Source: a candidate division FCPU426 bacterium
Lineage (GTDB): Bacteria > Oederibacteriota > Muellerivitia > Muellerivitales > Muellerivitaceae
Assembly (NCBI GenBank): GCA_963847625.1
Contig: CAWKAR010000045.1
Coordinates: 32,001-96,000, forward strand
Direction: 5' to 3'
DNA length: 64,000 bases
In this document: piece by piece, positions 32,993-44,329 of the stretch
How the letters are laid out: each line of letters starts with the position of its first letter
How positions within the stretch are numbered: the first letter of the stretch is position 1
Made by a program: the position numbers and the translations under genes
The notes under the pieces: generated by a model
The model's input: only the letters and a program-made list of their open reading frames with translations
Databases searched by the model: none
What the model was told of the DNA's origin: nothing

Positions 32993-33125
32993 AAAAAACC
33001 AATAAAACTGCCCTTTTAATGCCTATTTATTTTTGGATTAAATCGGCCCTTTTGCCGTCTAGTGAGTATGGAAAGAATCCCCCTAATATAAAAATCGTGA
33101 GAAAATTATCTATATCTTGCTCGCT
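32993..33125 (+). promoter_or_regulatory. Duplicated upstream region of SBBP gene 1 (homologous to 39111-39240)
   Basis: AAAAAACCAATAAAACTGCCCTTTTAATGC...TTTTGGATTAAATC.GCCC...GCCGTCTAG shared with the region upstream of 39256. Confidence 0.7.
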
Positions 33126-33137
33126 ATGGGCGGACTC

Positions 33138-36101
33138 ATGATTCTGATGAAAATATTTCGAAATAGGTTACATCTTTTAAATGCAGGTCTATTTGCCTGC
33201 GTCATCGCGGTATTTGGAATGGGCTTAGTCTCCACAAACAAAAATAATCCTTCCCTTATTTCGCAGAAATCCCATGCTTCTTCCAAAGCCCAACTTGATG
33301 CAGGCACTCGATTAAAACTCAACCAGAATTATGGACATATCCCGCTTTACTTCGAACCCAACGAAGGCCAAACCGATCCCCAAGTCAAATTTATTTCCAG
33401 GGGAAGCGGCTACACCCTCTTTATTACGCCCGCTGAAGCGGTGTATGTATTGAAACGTGGAGATTCCAATCACTCCCTAAACAAGTTTAAAGGTTTTGAC
33501 ACTAAATTTCGAACTCCTAAGTCTTCTCTCCAAACTAATCCACCCGATGTTTTACGTCTGAGATTAGAAGGAGGTAACCGCCTAGCAGAATTCGAGGGGA
33601 TGGAAGAAGCGGAAGGGAAGAGCAATTATTTTATAGGGAACGATCCCAACAAATGGCATACGAATATTCCTAATTACACAAAAGTGAGGATGAAGGAGGT
33701 CTTTCCCGGAATTGATATGGAATATTACGGCGAACAGCGAAAACTAGAGTACGACTTTGTGGTGAAGCCGGGCGCAGACCCAAGCGTCATTGGCCTCAGC
33801 TATGAGGGCGCCAAGAATGCGGAAGTAGATGGGCAAGGGAACCTGTTGTTCCACATGGCCCAAGGGGATGTGGCATTCAAGGCGCCGGTGATTTACCAGA
33901 AGAGAATGAAAAATGGAGAATGGACAATTGAAAATGAAAAGATAGAAGGCCGTTACTCGTTAAAAGCGGATGGGAAAATCGGATTTGAAACGGGGAACTA
34001 TGACAAAACCCTTCCCCTGGTAATCGATCCCCAATTGGATTATTCGACATTCTTGGGTGGAAGCGGTGGCGATGAAGGTTATGCCATCGCTGTGGATGGG
34101 TCGGGGGACGCGTATGTGACCGGTTGTTCCTATTCAACGAATTTTCCCACGACCAGCGGAGCTATTCAGACGGTTAACAACGGATATACTAATGTTTTTG
34201 TGACGGAGCTTAATCCCTCTGGAAGCGCATTGATTTATTCAACCTATCTGGGAGGGAGCGCACAGGATTATGGTTATGGCATCGCGGTGGATGGGTCGGG
34301 GAACGCTTATATCACGGGGCGAATAGCTTCCAAGGATTTTCCCACTACCAGTGGAGCCTTTCAAACGGTGCATGGCGCAGACGGCCCCTATAACGACGCT
34401 TGTGTTGTAAAACTTAATTCCTCTGGAAGCGCCGTGATCTATTCGACGTATCTGGGCGGGAATGGGGATGATTGTGGTTTTGGCATCGCATTGGATGGGT
34501 CGGGAAACGCTTATGTGACTGGATATGCGCAATCAACGAATTTCCCAACGACCAGCGGGGCCTATCAGACGGCATTGGGCGGCACAAACGCTATGAACGT
34601 TTTTGTGTCAGAATTGAATGCAACGGGAAGCGCCCTGGTCTATTCGACTTATTTAGGCGGGAGCGGAAGCGTTTATGGCGATATTGGCCAAGGCATAGTA
34701 TTGGACGGGTCGGGGAATGTTTATGTGACAGGTGCTGCGGCTTCTCAAAATTTTCCCACAACTAGTGGGGCCTATCAAACGGTTTATGATAGTGGCGGGA
34801 ATGATGCATTTGTGGCGAAACTGAAACTGGCGGGCGGCGGGGCGAGTGACTTGATTTATTCTACCTATCTAGGCGGGAATAACTGGGATCAAGGCAATGG
34901 CATCGCGTTGGATGGGTTCGGGAACGCTTATGTAGTTGGCTATACAATATCAACAAATTTTCCTACGACCAGTGGAGCCTTTCAGACGGCTAGAGGTGGA
35001 ACGAATGGGAATTGTTATAACGTTTTTGTCACGGAGTTGAACCCCTCATTAAGCGCCTTGGTATATTCGACCTATTTGGGCGGGTACAATCCCGATGGCG
35101 ATTTTGGATTTGCCATTGCCGTAGATTCGGACGGTGATGCATATGTGACGGGATTGACCTCTGGAAATTTCCCCATAACAAGTGGTGCTTATCAAACGAC
35201 TTTTGAAGGTGGCATACCCAATCCCTGGCCAAGTGACGTTTTTGTGACGGAATTAAATGCCACGGGGAGTGCTCTGATCTATTCGACTTATTTAGGCGGT
35301 GTCAGGGACGATTCCGGCCAAGGCATAGCATTGGATGGGTCGGGTAATGTTTATGTGACTGGATATGCAGGCTATAATTTTCCTACTACCAGTGGGGCGT
35401 ATCAGACGGTTTTAGGTGTCTCTCCGAACGTATTTATAGCAAAGTTGGACAATAGCGATTTTTATACACCCACAATTACACCATGGCCGGCAGGTGTTCC
35501 TACCTATACTTCTACCAATACACCAACAATAACGAACACTCCCACAATTACCAAGACTCCGACTTTAACCCTAACTCCCACGCCCACTGCTTCCACCCTG
35601 CCCGGCGTACCGACGGCTACCTACACAAGCATATGCTTTCCTATTACCTGTACACCGACGCCTACACTAACACCCGGCAGTCCGTCGGCTACTCCAACCT
35701 TGACAAACACACCAACTGTTACTAATACACCTACGGTAACTCTTACGCTAACAATGACCAATATTCCCCCCCCGACAAACACCATAACGCCTACATTAAT
35801 ATTTCCTCCTTCCTGCTCCGAGTTCTCCGTCTCGAAAAATACGTTTTTCCCGTCCAACGGGCCAGTATCGATTTATGTTTCGTACTGTCAGTACCCAGGT
35901 GCCTTTTCCTTGGGGATTTATAATTCCGCTGGGGAGCACATTAAAACCCTAGATGCGCGACATTTGGAAGCACCCATTATCGCTTCTTACCTTTGGGACG
36001 GACGGAACAAATACGGTGATCCCTGCGCCAGCGGGGTCTATATTCTTTACCTCGTCGAACCCTATAACCGGCAAATCAAAAGAGTGCTTCTTTTAAAGTA
36101 A
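33138..36101 (+). CDS. SBBP (beta-propeller) repeat secreted protein 1 with Thr/Pro linker and FlgD-like C-terminal domain
   Basis: [12 protein letters not shown]-domain, repeated YSTYLGG...[24 protein letters not shown], and WDGRNKYGDPCASGVY tail. Start set by parallel with paralogue 3 (MILMK). Confidence 0.88.
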   Translation: MILMKIFRNRLHLLNAGLFACVIAVFGMGLVSTNKNNPSLISQKSHASSKAQLDAGTRLKLNQNYGHIPLYFEPNEGQTDPQVKFISRGSGYTLFITPAEAVYVLKRGDSNHSLNKFKGFDTKFRTPKSSLQTNPPDVLRLRLEGGNRLAEFEGMEEAEGKSNYFIGNDPNKWHTNIPNYTKVRMKEVFPGIDMEYYGEQRKLEYDFVVKPGADPSVIGLSYEGAKNAEVDGQGNLLFHMAQGDVAFKAPVIYQKRMKNGEWTIENEKIEGRYSLKADGKIGFETGNYDKTLPLVIDPQLDYSTFLGGSGGDEGYAIAVDGSGDAYVTGCSYSTNFPTTSGAIQTVNNGYTNVFVTELNPSGSALIYSTYLGGSAQDYGYGIAVDGSGNAYITGRIASKDFPTTSGAFQTVHGADGPYNDACVVKLNSSGSAVIYSTYLGGNGDDCGFGIALDGSGNAYVTGYAQSTNFPTTSGAYQTALGGTNAMNVFVSELNATGSALVYSTYLGGSGSVYGDIGQGIVLDGSGNVYVTGAAASQNFPTTSGAYQTVYDSGGNDAFVAKLKLAGGGASDLIYSTYLGGNNWDQGNGIALDGFGNAYVVGYTISTNFPTTSGAFQTARGGTNGNCYNVFVTELNPSLSALVYSTYLGGYNPDGDFGFAIAVDSDGDAYVTGLTSGNFPITSGAYQTTFEGGIPNPWPSDVFVTELNATGSALIYSTYLGGVRDDSGQGIALDGSGNVYVTGYAGYNFPTTSGAYQTVLGVSPNVFIAKLDNSDFYTPTITPWPAGVPTYTSTNTPTITNTPTITKTPTLTLTPTPTASTLPGVPTATYTSICFPITCTPTPTLTPGSPSATPTLTNTPTVTNTPTVTLTLTMTNIPPPTNTITPTLIFPPSCSEFSVSKNTFFPSNGPVSIYVSYCQYPGAFSLGIYNSAGEHIKTLDARHLEAPIIASYLWDGRNKYGDPCASGVYILYLVEPYNRQIKRVLLLK

Positions 36102-36139
36102 AAACCCCCTTCGAGCTATAATTGGTCTAGAGAATAATC

Positions 36140-38935
36140 ATGCCGAAAGTATCCCGGAATCATATGCGGCTGTTGAACACCGGTCTATTTACCTGCGTCT
36201 TATTGGTTTTTGGTATGGGTTTAGTCTCCACAGGCCGAAACAATTCTTCCCCCGCCCAGCAAAAAAACCATGCTTCTTCCAAAGCCCAACTTGATGCAGG
36301 CACTCGATTAAAACTCAACCAGAATTACGGAAAAATCCCACTTTACTTTGAACCCAACGAAGGACAATACGATCCCCAAGTCAAATTCATTTCCCGGGGA
36401 AGCGGCTACACCCTCTTTATTACGCCCGCTGAAGCGGTGTATGTATTGAAACGTGGAGATTCCAATCATTCACCCCGGCAATCTACCCTGAGTAAACGAA
36501 GTGCATCGAAGGGCTCCTCACTCCTAACTGCTTCCCCCGAGGTTTTGCGCCTGAGGCTCGAGGGCGGGAATCGCATAGCTTTTTTCGAAGGGATGGAAGA
36601 AGCGGAAGGGAAAAGCAATTATTTCATCGGGAATGACCCATCCAAATGGCGAACTAACATCACCCACTATGCCAAGGTGAACTTGAAAGAGGTCTATCCC
36701 GGTATTGACATGGTGTATTACGGTTCACAGCAAAAGCTGGAATACGACTTTATGGTAAAACCCGGTGCGGATCCAAAAGAAATTAGGCTGAAAATTGAGG
36801 GTGCGGAGAGTTCCAATGTGAATGACTCGGGCAACCTTCAAATGAGTGTCGGCGGCTGCCAAGTGGTTTTCAAAGCACCTGCTATTTATCAGGAGGACCG
36901 CAACGGAAAAGTAACCATCATGGGAAAATATGTAAAGACCGGTAGTAACGAATTAGGTTTCGAGGTGAAGGGATATGATCATTCAATACCATTGGTGATC
37001 GATCCAGTTTTGGATTATTCCACCTTCCTTGGCGGGACCGCGAGCGAAGGAGCCAATGCCATCGCGGTGGATGGGTCGGGGAACGCTTATGTTACGGGAG
37101 AGACCGGGTCCATTAATTTTCCCACGACCGCCGGGGCCTACCAGACGGCTTCTGGCGACATTTTTGTGACGGAGCTAAATGCAAATGGAAGCGCCCTGGT
37201 CTATTCGACCTTTCTGGGCGGGATCGGAGGGAATGAAGCCTTTGGCATCGCGGTGGATGGGTTGGGTAACGCTTATGTGACGGGGCAGACCAGCGGAAGT
37301 TTCCCTACGACCAGTGGGGCTTATCAGACGATTTTCGGTGCTGGTACTTATGACGCCTTTGTGACCAAACTCAATCCGTCAGGTAATACACTCCTTTATT
37401 CAACTTATCTGGGCGGAAGCGGTTGGGATCAAGGCGATGGGATCGCGGTGGATTCAAGCGGGAGCGCCTACGTGACGGGTTATACCTATTCCACCGATTT
37501 CCCCACCACAACGGGTGCTTACCAAACCACTTCGGGAGGAACCTGGGACGCCTTCATCACCAAGTTGAATGCGGCGGGCACGGCCTTGGTCTATTCCACC
37601 TATCTGGGCGGAAGCTACATTGACTATGGTTATGGAATTGCTGTGGATTCAAGCGGAAACGCCTACGTAACGGGTACTACTGCGTCCACCGATTTTCCCA
37701 CCACGGCTGGGGTTTACCAAACAACTTTTGGGGGAAGCTGGGACGTCTTTGTGGCCAAGCTGAATGCGGCGGGTACGGTCTTAGTCTATTCCACGTACCT
37801 AGATGGGAGTTCAAGTGAAGAAGGTTATGGAATAACCGTGGATTCAAGTGGGAACGCCTACGTGACTGGAAGTACGGAATCAACGAATTTCCCAACAACC
37901 AGTGGGGCCTATCAGACGAATTATGGCGGCAATATTGATGCGTTTGTGACGAAGTTGAATAACACGGGAAGCGCCTTGTTGTATTCAACCTATTTGGGCG
38001 AGGGTAATGAGGATCATGGAAATGCCATCGCGGTGGATGGCTCTGGAAACGCATATGTGACGGGATATACGCAATCCACCAATTTCCCCACGACCAGTGG
38101 GGCTTATCAGACGGTTTTTGGAGGGAATCAGGATGCTTTTATGATGGAGCTGAATGCCGGGGGTAGCAACCTGATCTATTCGACATACTTGGGCGGGGGT
38201 GCGTCCGAATCCGGTCTGGGCATTGCGGTGGATGGGTCGGGGAACGCCTACGTGACGGGGTATACGCAATCCACCAATTTCCCCACGACCAGTGGGGCCT
38301 ATCAGACGGCTTTTGGAGGAACCTGTGACGTCTTCGTGGCAAAGCTTTCTTTTCCCACCCCAACACCGACACCTACCATGACTCCCACACCGACGGCGAC
38401 AGACAGCCCGACGAACAGTTCGACTTCGACCCCGAGTAGTACACCCACGCCCACGGCTACATACAGTTCGACATTGACGAATACCCTGACCAACACACCC
38501 ACCCTAACAAACACCTCCACTGCCACGGGTACTTATACAATGACGAATACACTGACCCCCACATACACCCCGACGCTGACCAGCACCTCCACGCAAACGA
38601 TGACCCCAACAGTTTCAAATATCCCGACCTCGACATCACTTCCATCCTGCTCTGGGTTCTCCATCTCGAAGAACGCGTTTTTCCCCTCCAATGGGCCGGT
38701 CTCGATCTATGTTTCCTATTGCAAGTATCCGGGCGATTATTCCTTAAAGGTTTATAACTCCGCCGGGGAACACGTCAAAACGCTGGACGAGAGGCATTTA
38801 GAGGCACCAGTAGTGGCTTCTTACCTTTGGGATGGCAGGAATAAATATGGTGATCCCTGCGCCAGTGGCGTCTATATTTTGTACCTCGTGGAGCCTTATG
38901 ACCGTGAGACCAAAAGGGTGCTTCTTTTAAGGTAG
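36140..38935 (+). CDS. SBBP repeat secreted protein 2
   Basis: Same architecture; C-terminal domain nearly identical to that of paralogue 1. Confidence 0.88.
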   Translation: MPKVSRNHMRLLNTGLFTCVLLVFGMGLVSTGRNNSSPAQQKNHASSKAQLDAGTRLKLNQNYGKIPLYFEPNEGQYDPQVKFISRGSGYTLFITPAEAVYVLKRGDSNHSPRQSTLSKRSASKGSSLLTASPEVLRLRLEGGNRIAFFEGMEEAEGKSNYFIGNDPSKWRTNITHYAKVNLKEVYPGIDMVYYGSQQKLEYDFMVKPGADPKEIRLKIEGAESSNVNDSGNLQMSVGGCQVVFKAPAIYQEDRNGKVTIMGKYVKTGSNELGFEVKGYDHSIPLVIDPVLDYSTFLGGTASEGANAIAVDGSGNAYVTGETGSINFPTTAGAYQTASGDIFVTELNANGSALVYSTFLGGIGGNEAFGIAVDGLGNAYVTGQTSGSFPTTSGAYQTIFGAGTYDAFVTKLNPSGNTLLYSTYLGGSGWDQGDGIAVDSSGSAYVTGYTYSTDFPTTTGAYQTTSGGTWDAFITKLNAAGTALVYSTYLGGSYIDYGYGIAVDSSGNAYVTGTTASTDFPTTAGVYQTTFGGSWDVFVAKLNAAGTVLVYSTYLDGSSSEEGYGITVDSSGNAYVTGSTESTNFPTTSGAYQTNYGGNIDAFVTKLNNTGSALLYSTYLGEGNEDHGNAIAVDGSGNAYVTGYTQSTNFPTTSGAYQTVFGGNQDAFMMELNAGGSNLIYSTYLGGGASESGLGIAVDGSGNAYVTGYTQSTNFPTTSGAYQTAFGGTCDVFVAKLSFPTPTPTPTMTPTPTATDSPTNSSTSTPSSTPTPTATYSSTLTNTLTNTPTLTNTSTATGTYTMTNTLTPTYTPTLTSTSTQTMTPTVSNIPTSTSLPSCSGFSISKNAFFPSNGPVSIYVSYCKYPGDYSLKVYNSAGEHVKTLDERHLEAPVVASYLWDGRNKYGDPCASGVYILYLVEPYDRETKRVLLLR

Positions 38936-39083
38936 GCATGTTTCCGGGAATGGCACCCTCTCTTGGGATTTGAAGGATATGGACGGTACCCCTGTGGCCG
39001 ACGGACTTTATTACCTCCGGGTGAAGGCGGTTGAGGGGGGGACCACGACCGTGAAAATCCTGAAAGTCCTCGTTCTGCGCTGA
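38936..39083 (+). pseudogene. Orphan fragment of a T9SS-like C-terminal domain
   Basis: 148 bp with 14 mismatches (by eye) to 42219-42366; reads [47 protein letters not shown]. Confidence 0.85.
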
Positions 39084-39255
39084 GCGGAAATTCAGCTCGC
39101 GAATTCTCCCAAAAAACCAATAAAACTGCCCTTTTAATGCTTATTTTTTTTGGATTAAATCTGCCCTTTTGCCGTCTAGAGGGTGTGGAAAGAGACAACC
39201 CTAACAGCCAAATCGTGGGAAAATATCCTATATCTGGCTCACCCTGGACGGGCAA

Positions 39256-42200
39256 ATGATCCTGATGAAGATATCGCGCAATAGATTGCGTCTTTTAAAT
39301 GCAGGTCTATTGGCCTGCGTCATTCTGTTATTTGGAATGGGGTTGGTCTCCACAAGCCGAAATGGTTCTTCTCACGCCCCGAAAGAATCTAATATCTCTT
39401 CCAAAGTTGCTCAGCCGAATCAATCAGCGCTCATGAAACTTAATCAGAATTATGGACATATCCCGCTTTACTTCGAGCCCAACGAGGGACAATTCGATCC
39501 CCAAGTGAAGTTTCTCTCCCGGGGAAGTGGATATTCCCTATTCATCACGCCCGCCGAAGCGGTGTTTGTCCTAAAGCATAGCGAGCCTAAAGATTTTTCG
39601 AATAAAGGTGGAAGACTTGGTCGTAAATTCCCAATTCCTAATTCCTCATTCCTAATTACCAAAACTTCACACCCAACTGTTCCGCCCGATGTTTTGAGAT
39701 TGAGATTGGAAAATGGAAATAGGTTGGCTGAATTCGAGGGAATGGAAAAGGCAGTAGGGAAGAGCAATTACTTTATCGGGAATGACTCATCCAAGTGGCA
39801 CACCAATATACCCAACTATACCAAGGTAAAGATGAAGGATGTCTATCCCGGGGTCGACATGGTGTATTACGGCAATCAACGTAAGTTGGAATACGATTTC
39901 GAGGTAAAGCCAGGGGCGGACCCAAGTGCCATTAATCTCAGTTACGAAGGCGCCAAGAACGCTGAAGTGGACGGCCAAGGGAATCTGATATTCCACATGG
40001 AGAAAGGGGATGTGGCTTTCAAAGCGCCTGTAGCCTACCAAAAAAAAATGAAGAATGGAGAATGGACAATTGAAAACGAAAAAATAGAAGGCCGTTATTC
40101 ATTAAAAGCTGATGGGAAAATTGGTTTTAAGATTGGAAACTATGACAAAACCCTTCCTCTGGTGATCGACCCCCAATTGGATTATTCAACTTATTTGGGT
40201 GGGAATATCGAAAATGAGGGCAGTGGCATCGTGGTGAATGGATCGGGGAATGCTTATGTGACAGGTTGGTCTATGGGAGATTTCCCCACAACAAGCGGAG
40301 CCTTTCAGACGGCTTTGGATGGTGGTATGGATGCTTTTGTGGCGGAGATAAGTGCTGATGGAAGCGCCTTGGTCTATGCGACCTATCTGGGTGGCAGCGG
40401 GGGTGCTCAAGGCAATGGCATCGCGTTGGATGGGTCGGGAAACGCTTATGTGGTTGGAAGTGCCGGCGCAAATTTTCCCACAACCAATGGAGCCTATCAA
40501 CCAGCTTATCAGAGTTTATATAGCCAATTGAATGCTTTTGTGACGAAACTGAATACTTCGGGAAGCGCCTTGGTCTATTCGACCTATCTTGGCGGGAGCG
40601 GGGAATCTAATCAAGGGGATGTTGGCACTGGCGTTGCGGTGGATGGGTCAGGAAATGCTTATGTGTCGGGTCATACGTTTTCACCGAATTTCCCCACTAC
40701 CGGCGGGGCCTATCAGACAGCTTTAGGTGTCAGCGGTGATATTTTTATTACGAAACTGAATGCCTCAGGAAGCAACCTTATTTATTCGACTCTTCTGGGT
40801 GCGAACGGTGGCGGTGTGTGTAATGGCATCGCTGTGGATGGATCGGGGAACGCTTATGTGACGGGCTGGGTAGATGACATAGATTACCCCATAACCAGTG
40901 GGGCTTATCAGACGGATTTTGGTGGTGGGGGTATTGACGCTTTTTTGACAGAGTTTAATGCAACTGGAAGCTCCTTGGTCTATTCGACCTATCTGGGTGG
41001 TAGCGAGGACACTCTTGGCAATGGCATCGCTGTGGATTCCTCGGGAAATGCCTACGTTACAGGATACACTGGAGAGGGGTTTCCAACGAATAGTGGGGCC
41101 TTTCAGACGGCTTATGGCGGCAATACCGACGTTTTTGTGGTGAAGTTGAATCCGGCGGGTGACGGGGCCAGCGACTTGATCTATTCAACCTATTTGGGAG
41201 GAAATGGGGACGATCAAGGAAACGCCATCGCGGTGGATGGGTTGGGGGACGCTTATGTAACGGGCTTTACGAATTCAACGGATTTCCCCACGACCAGTGG
41301 CGCCTTTCAAACGTCTTTTCAGACGTCCGCAGGTGACATCCACGGAAATACTAACGCTTTTATGACGGAACTGAATCCTTCGGGAAGCTTCCTGATTTAT
41401 TCGTCCTATCTTGGCGGGAGTGGGGACGTGTACGGGGGTGATCTAGCCAATGGAATTGCATTGGATGGCTTAGGAAACGTTTATGTGACAGGAGAAACAG
41501 AATCATCCGATTTCCCGACTACTAACGGCGCCTTTCAAACGTCTAATGGTGGCGCATCTGTTGACGGTTTTGTTACAAAGTTTGACGTGAGTGATTTTTA
41601 TACACCCACGCCCTGGCCGACGGGCGTTCCCACATATACTTTTACATCCACACCTACCCTTGCGTTTACACCAACGCCCACCTCTACCCCAACTCCCACC
41701 ATGACAAACACGCCAACCTATACTTCGGGTGTTTTAACTTTTACACCGACTAACACGCCAACTTCCACCGCGACAAACACATCCACGAAAACGACAACCC
41801 CTACAATCACATTGACACCGACAATTACTCCCACTGATACTCCGCCTCCTTCACCAGACCCTACTTGGACAGTAACAACTTCTCCAACTTTCACCCCGAC
41901 AAATACCTCAATCAACACATCTACGAGGACGATGACGCCAACAACGACCCCAACGCCCACCCGCAAAGCTACGTGCACAAACACACCCACTTCAACGGCC
42001 ACCCCAACATGCACTGTTGGTGTGATACCCGCCACTAACACGCCAACACCCACAGCAACACGGACCTCGACTGTGACAGGTGTGGTTATCAGCCTGTCTT
42101 ATCCAAATCCTGTTAAAGGCGCAGGGCCGGTTTCCATAAATGTCCAAGGGCCGCCAGGAACTAACTTTATCTGTGACGTCTTCACGACGGCCTTCCGAAA

Positions 42201-42366
42201 AGTGGCCAGCGCTACATGGCTTGTTTCCGGGAACGGCACCCTCTCATGGGACTTGAAGGATATGGACGGCACCCCTGTGGCCGACGGGCTTTATTACCTC
42301 CGGGTAAATGCGGTTGCGGGGGGAACCACGACGGTGAAAATCCTGAAAGTCCTCGTTATCCGCTAA
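39256..42366 (+). CDS. SBBP repeat secreted protein 3 with YPNP-type C-terminal domain
   Basis: Same N-domain and SBBP repeats; tail YPNP...FTTAFRKV...VADGLYY...KVLVIR. Confidence 0.88.
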   Translation: MILMKISRNRLRLLNAGLLACVILLFGMGLVSTSRNGSSHAPKESNISSKVAQPNQSALMKLNQNYGHIPLYFEPNEGQFDPQVKFLSRGSGYSLFITPAEAVFVLKHSEPKDFSNKGGRLGRKFPIPNSSFLITKTSHPTVPPDVLRLRLENGNRLAEFEGMEKAVGKSNYFIGNDSSKWHTNIPNYTKVKMKDVYPGVDMVYYGNQRKLEYDFEVKPGADPSAINLSYEGAKNAEVDGQGNLIFHMEKGDVAFKAPVAYQKKMKNGEWTIENEKIEGRYSLKADGKIGFKIGNYDKTLPLVIDPQLDYSTYLGGNIENEGSGIVVNGSGNAYVTGWSMGDFPTTSGAFQTALDGGMDAFVAEISADGSALVYATYLGGSGGAQGNGIALDGSGNAYVVGSAGANFPTTNGAYQPAYQSLYSQLNAFVTKLNTSGSALVYSTYLGGSGESNQGDVGTGVAVDGSGNAYVSGHTFSPNFPTTGGAYQTALGVSGDIFITKLNASGSNLIYSTLLGANGGGVCNGIAVDGSGNAYVTGWVDDIDYPITSGAYQTDFGGGGIDAFLTEFNATGSSLVYSTYLGGSEDTLGNGIAVDSSGNAYVTGYTGEGFPTNSGAFQTAYGGNTDVFVVKLNPAGDGASDLIYSTYLGGNGDDQGNAIAVDGLGDAYVTGFTNSTDFPTTSGAFQTSFQTSAGDIHGNTNAFMTELNPSGSFLIYSSYLGGSGDVYGGDLANGIALDGLGNVYVTGETESSDFPTTNGAFQTSNGGASVDGFVTKFDVSDFYTPTPWPTGVPTYTFTSTPTLAFTPTPTSTPTPTMTNTPTYTSGVLTFTPTNTPTSTATNTSTKTTTPTITLTPTITPTDTPPPSPDPTWTVTTSPTFTPTNTSINTSTRTMTPTTTPTPTRKATCTNTPTSTATPTCTVGVIPATNTPTPTATRTSTVTGVVISLSYPNPVKGAGPVSINVQGPPGTNFICDVFTTAFRKVASATWLVSGNGTLSWDLKDMDGTPVADGLYYLRVNAVAGGTTTVKILKVLVIR

Positions 42367-42562
42367 CGTTCTTTTGCCAACCGATGCGGTTTTAGAACCC
42401 CAAATCCCTAATACCTCCATGGGGTTAACTTTTAACCTGTTTTGCCTCTTTTTTTGTAGAACCCCAATAAATCCCACTTTTAAAATACCACGAAGCAGAT
42501 ACCCATACCTGGGGTTAGTAGTCCTGCCCGCAGGGGACCGCGAACCCAGTGCAGGGGACCGG

Positions 42563-42974
42563 GAACCTAGTAGCAGAACCCGGTGAACCTAGTAGCAGAT
42601 TCCGGGGAACCTAGTAGCAGAACCCGTGAACCTAGTAGCAGATTCCGAGGTACCTAGTAGCAGATACCGGGGAATCTAGTAGCAGAACCCGGTGAACCTA
42701 GTAGCAAATTTCGGGGTACTTAGTAGCAGATACCGGGGAACCTAGTAGCAGAACCCGGTGAACCTAGTAGCAGAACCCGTGAACCTAGTAGCAGATTCCG
42801 GGGTACCTTGTAGCAAAACCCGTGAACCTAGTAGCAGATTCCGAGGTACCTAGTAGCAGATACCGGGGAATCTAGTAGCAGAACCCGGTGAACCTAGTAG
42901 CAGATTTCGGGGTACTTAGTAGCAGATACCGGGGAATCTAGTAGCAGAACCCGGTGAACCTAGTAGCAAATTTC
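42563..42974. repeat. Non-coding tandem array of 21-22-bp direct repeats, units 1-19 (unit 19 cut by IS256)
   Basis: Consensus G(A/T)A(C/T)(C/T)TAGTAGCA(G/A)A(A/T)(C/T/A)(C/T)CG(G/A)(G/T); units start at 42563, 42585, 42607, 42628 ... 42956. Confidence 0.95.
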
Positions 42975-44329
42975 GGTAGTGTATTTTTGGGGGGTGTAAA
43001 AAGAAGCGGGCGTAACATGGTGTTTGTCTAGAACGCCATATCCTTTTTGTGAAAGGAAGTTACGCCCATGAAGAATATACACCTAGCCTTACAGGCCTTG
43101 GCAAGAGAGAAAACTCAAGCCTGGGTGAAATCTGTGGTTGGAAGCCGTGAGGTCGGCGAATGGGTAGGAGAAGCCCTGAATCAACAACTTTCGGAGGCTT
43201 TCAACGCCCAGTTGAGGAAAGAACGGGATGAAGCGTTGAATCGCCAGCCATATGAAAGGCAGGAAGGAAGCCGGTATCGCAATGGGTTCAAGCGGATCCT
43301 AGTTGCTGGATTTCTGGGACCTTTGGTGCTGAAAAAGCCAGTTTTGAGGAAAGGCGGATTTGTTTCGGAAACTCTGACGGCATTGAGAGCTGGAAGCCAA
43401 GCCTTGGTGGGATTTCTGGGAATGAAGTTCTGGCTAAAGGGGGCTTCCACCCGGTCGGTGGCGGCAGGGCTAAACGAGGCCTTTGGAACTAAGCTGACAG
43501 CCAATCACGTTAGCCAGATGACCAATGCCTTAAAACCTACCCTGGAAGCCTGGGCTAAACGGCTATTACCCACCGGGATTCAATACTTGTACTTGGATGC
43601 CCTTTACCTGACGGTCAGGCGACAGGAAGCCGGTGTGAAACAAGCTTTGCTGGTGGCCATCGGGGTGGATGGGAACCTGAAGAGGCATTTTCTGGGGTAC
43701 ATGGTGGGAGACCGTGAAAGTGAGTCGGCCTGGGAAGCCATGTTGGAAGACTTGTTGAACAGAGGCTTAGACAGAAAAAGCTTACGAATGGTGGTATCCG
43801 ACGCCCACGGTGGAATTGTCGCGGCGGTGAAAAATCGTCTTGGAATCCCCCATCAATTATGCTTGGTACACAAGATGGAAAACGTCCGGTGTCGAGTGGC
43901 CCAGAAGGACAGAAAGGCATTCATGGCTGATTTCAAAGCGGTGTATTGGGCCGAAAGTCGAGAGAACGCCTTGGTGGCACTAGGAAGTCTCAAGGCTAAG
44001 TGGGCCAAAACCTATCCCAAAGCAGTGGAGATGGCAGAGGAAAAATTCGACTCCTATACGCAGTTTTTCCAGGAAGACCGGAAGTTTTGGAAGATTACCC
44101 GCACCAGCAACCTAATCGAACGGCTTAACGAGGAGTTAAGGAAAAGGCTGAGGCCAGCGGGGATGATGCAGAACGAGCTGGAGATCGCCAAGTTGGTGTG
44201 GGGGGTAACCGAAACCCAACAACAAAATTGGAACAAGACTAAAGCCTACACCTCAAGAAGGGAGGCGGAGGTTCAAGCTGCTTGATTAAGACGCCCGTGG
44301 AAATTTACACCCAAAATATTGACGCAGGG
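42975..44329 (+). mobile_element. IS256-family insertion sequence inserted in the repeat array
   Basis: Imperfect terminal IRs (GGTAGTGT...GGGTGTAAA / TTTACACCC...GACGCAGGG); target duplication CAAATTTC at 42967-42974 and 44330-44337. Confidence 0.88.
43068..44285 (+). CDS. IS256 (Mutator-family) transposase
   Basis: YRNG, YLYLDA, VVSDAHGG, HQLCLVH and RTSNLIERLNEELRKR motifs. Confidence 0.93.
   Translation: MKNIHLALQALAREKTQAWVKSVVGSREVGEWVGEALNQQLSEAFNAQLRKERDEALNRQPYERQEGSRYRNGFKRILVAGFLGPLVLKKPVLRKGGFVSETLTALRAGSQALVGFLGMKFWLKGASTRSVAAGLNEAFGTKLTANHVSQMTNALKPTLEAWAKRLLPTGIQYLYLDALYLTVRRQEAGVKQALLVAIGVDGNLKRHFLGYMVGDRESESAWEAMLEDLLNRGLDRKSLRMVVSDAHGGIVAAVKNRLGIPHQLCLVHKMENVRCRVAQKDRKAFMADFKAVYWAESRENALVALGSLKAKWAKTYPKAVEMAEEKFDSYTQFFQEDRKFWKITRTSNLIERLNEELRKRLRPAGMMQNELEIAKLVWGVTETQQQNWNKTKAYTSRREAEVQAA

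Noticed and set aside
38936..42366. Diversity-generating retroelement TR/VR pair (38936-39083 vs 42219-42366)
   Set aside because: Mismatches are not adenine-specific and are mostly synonymous; no reverse transcriptase is present.
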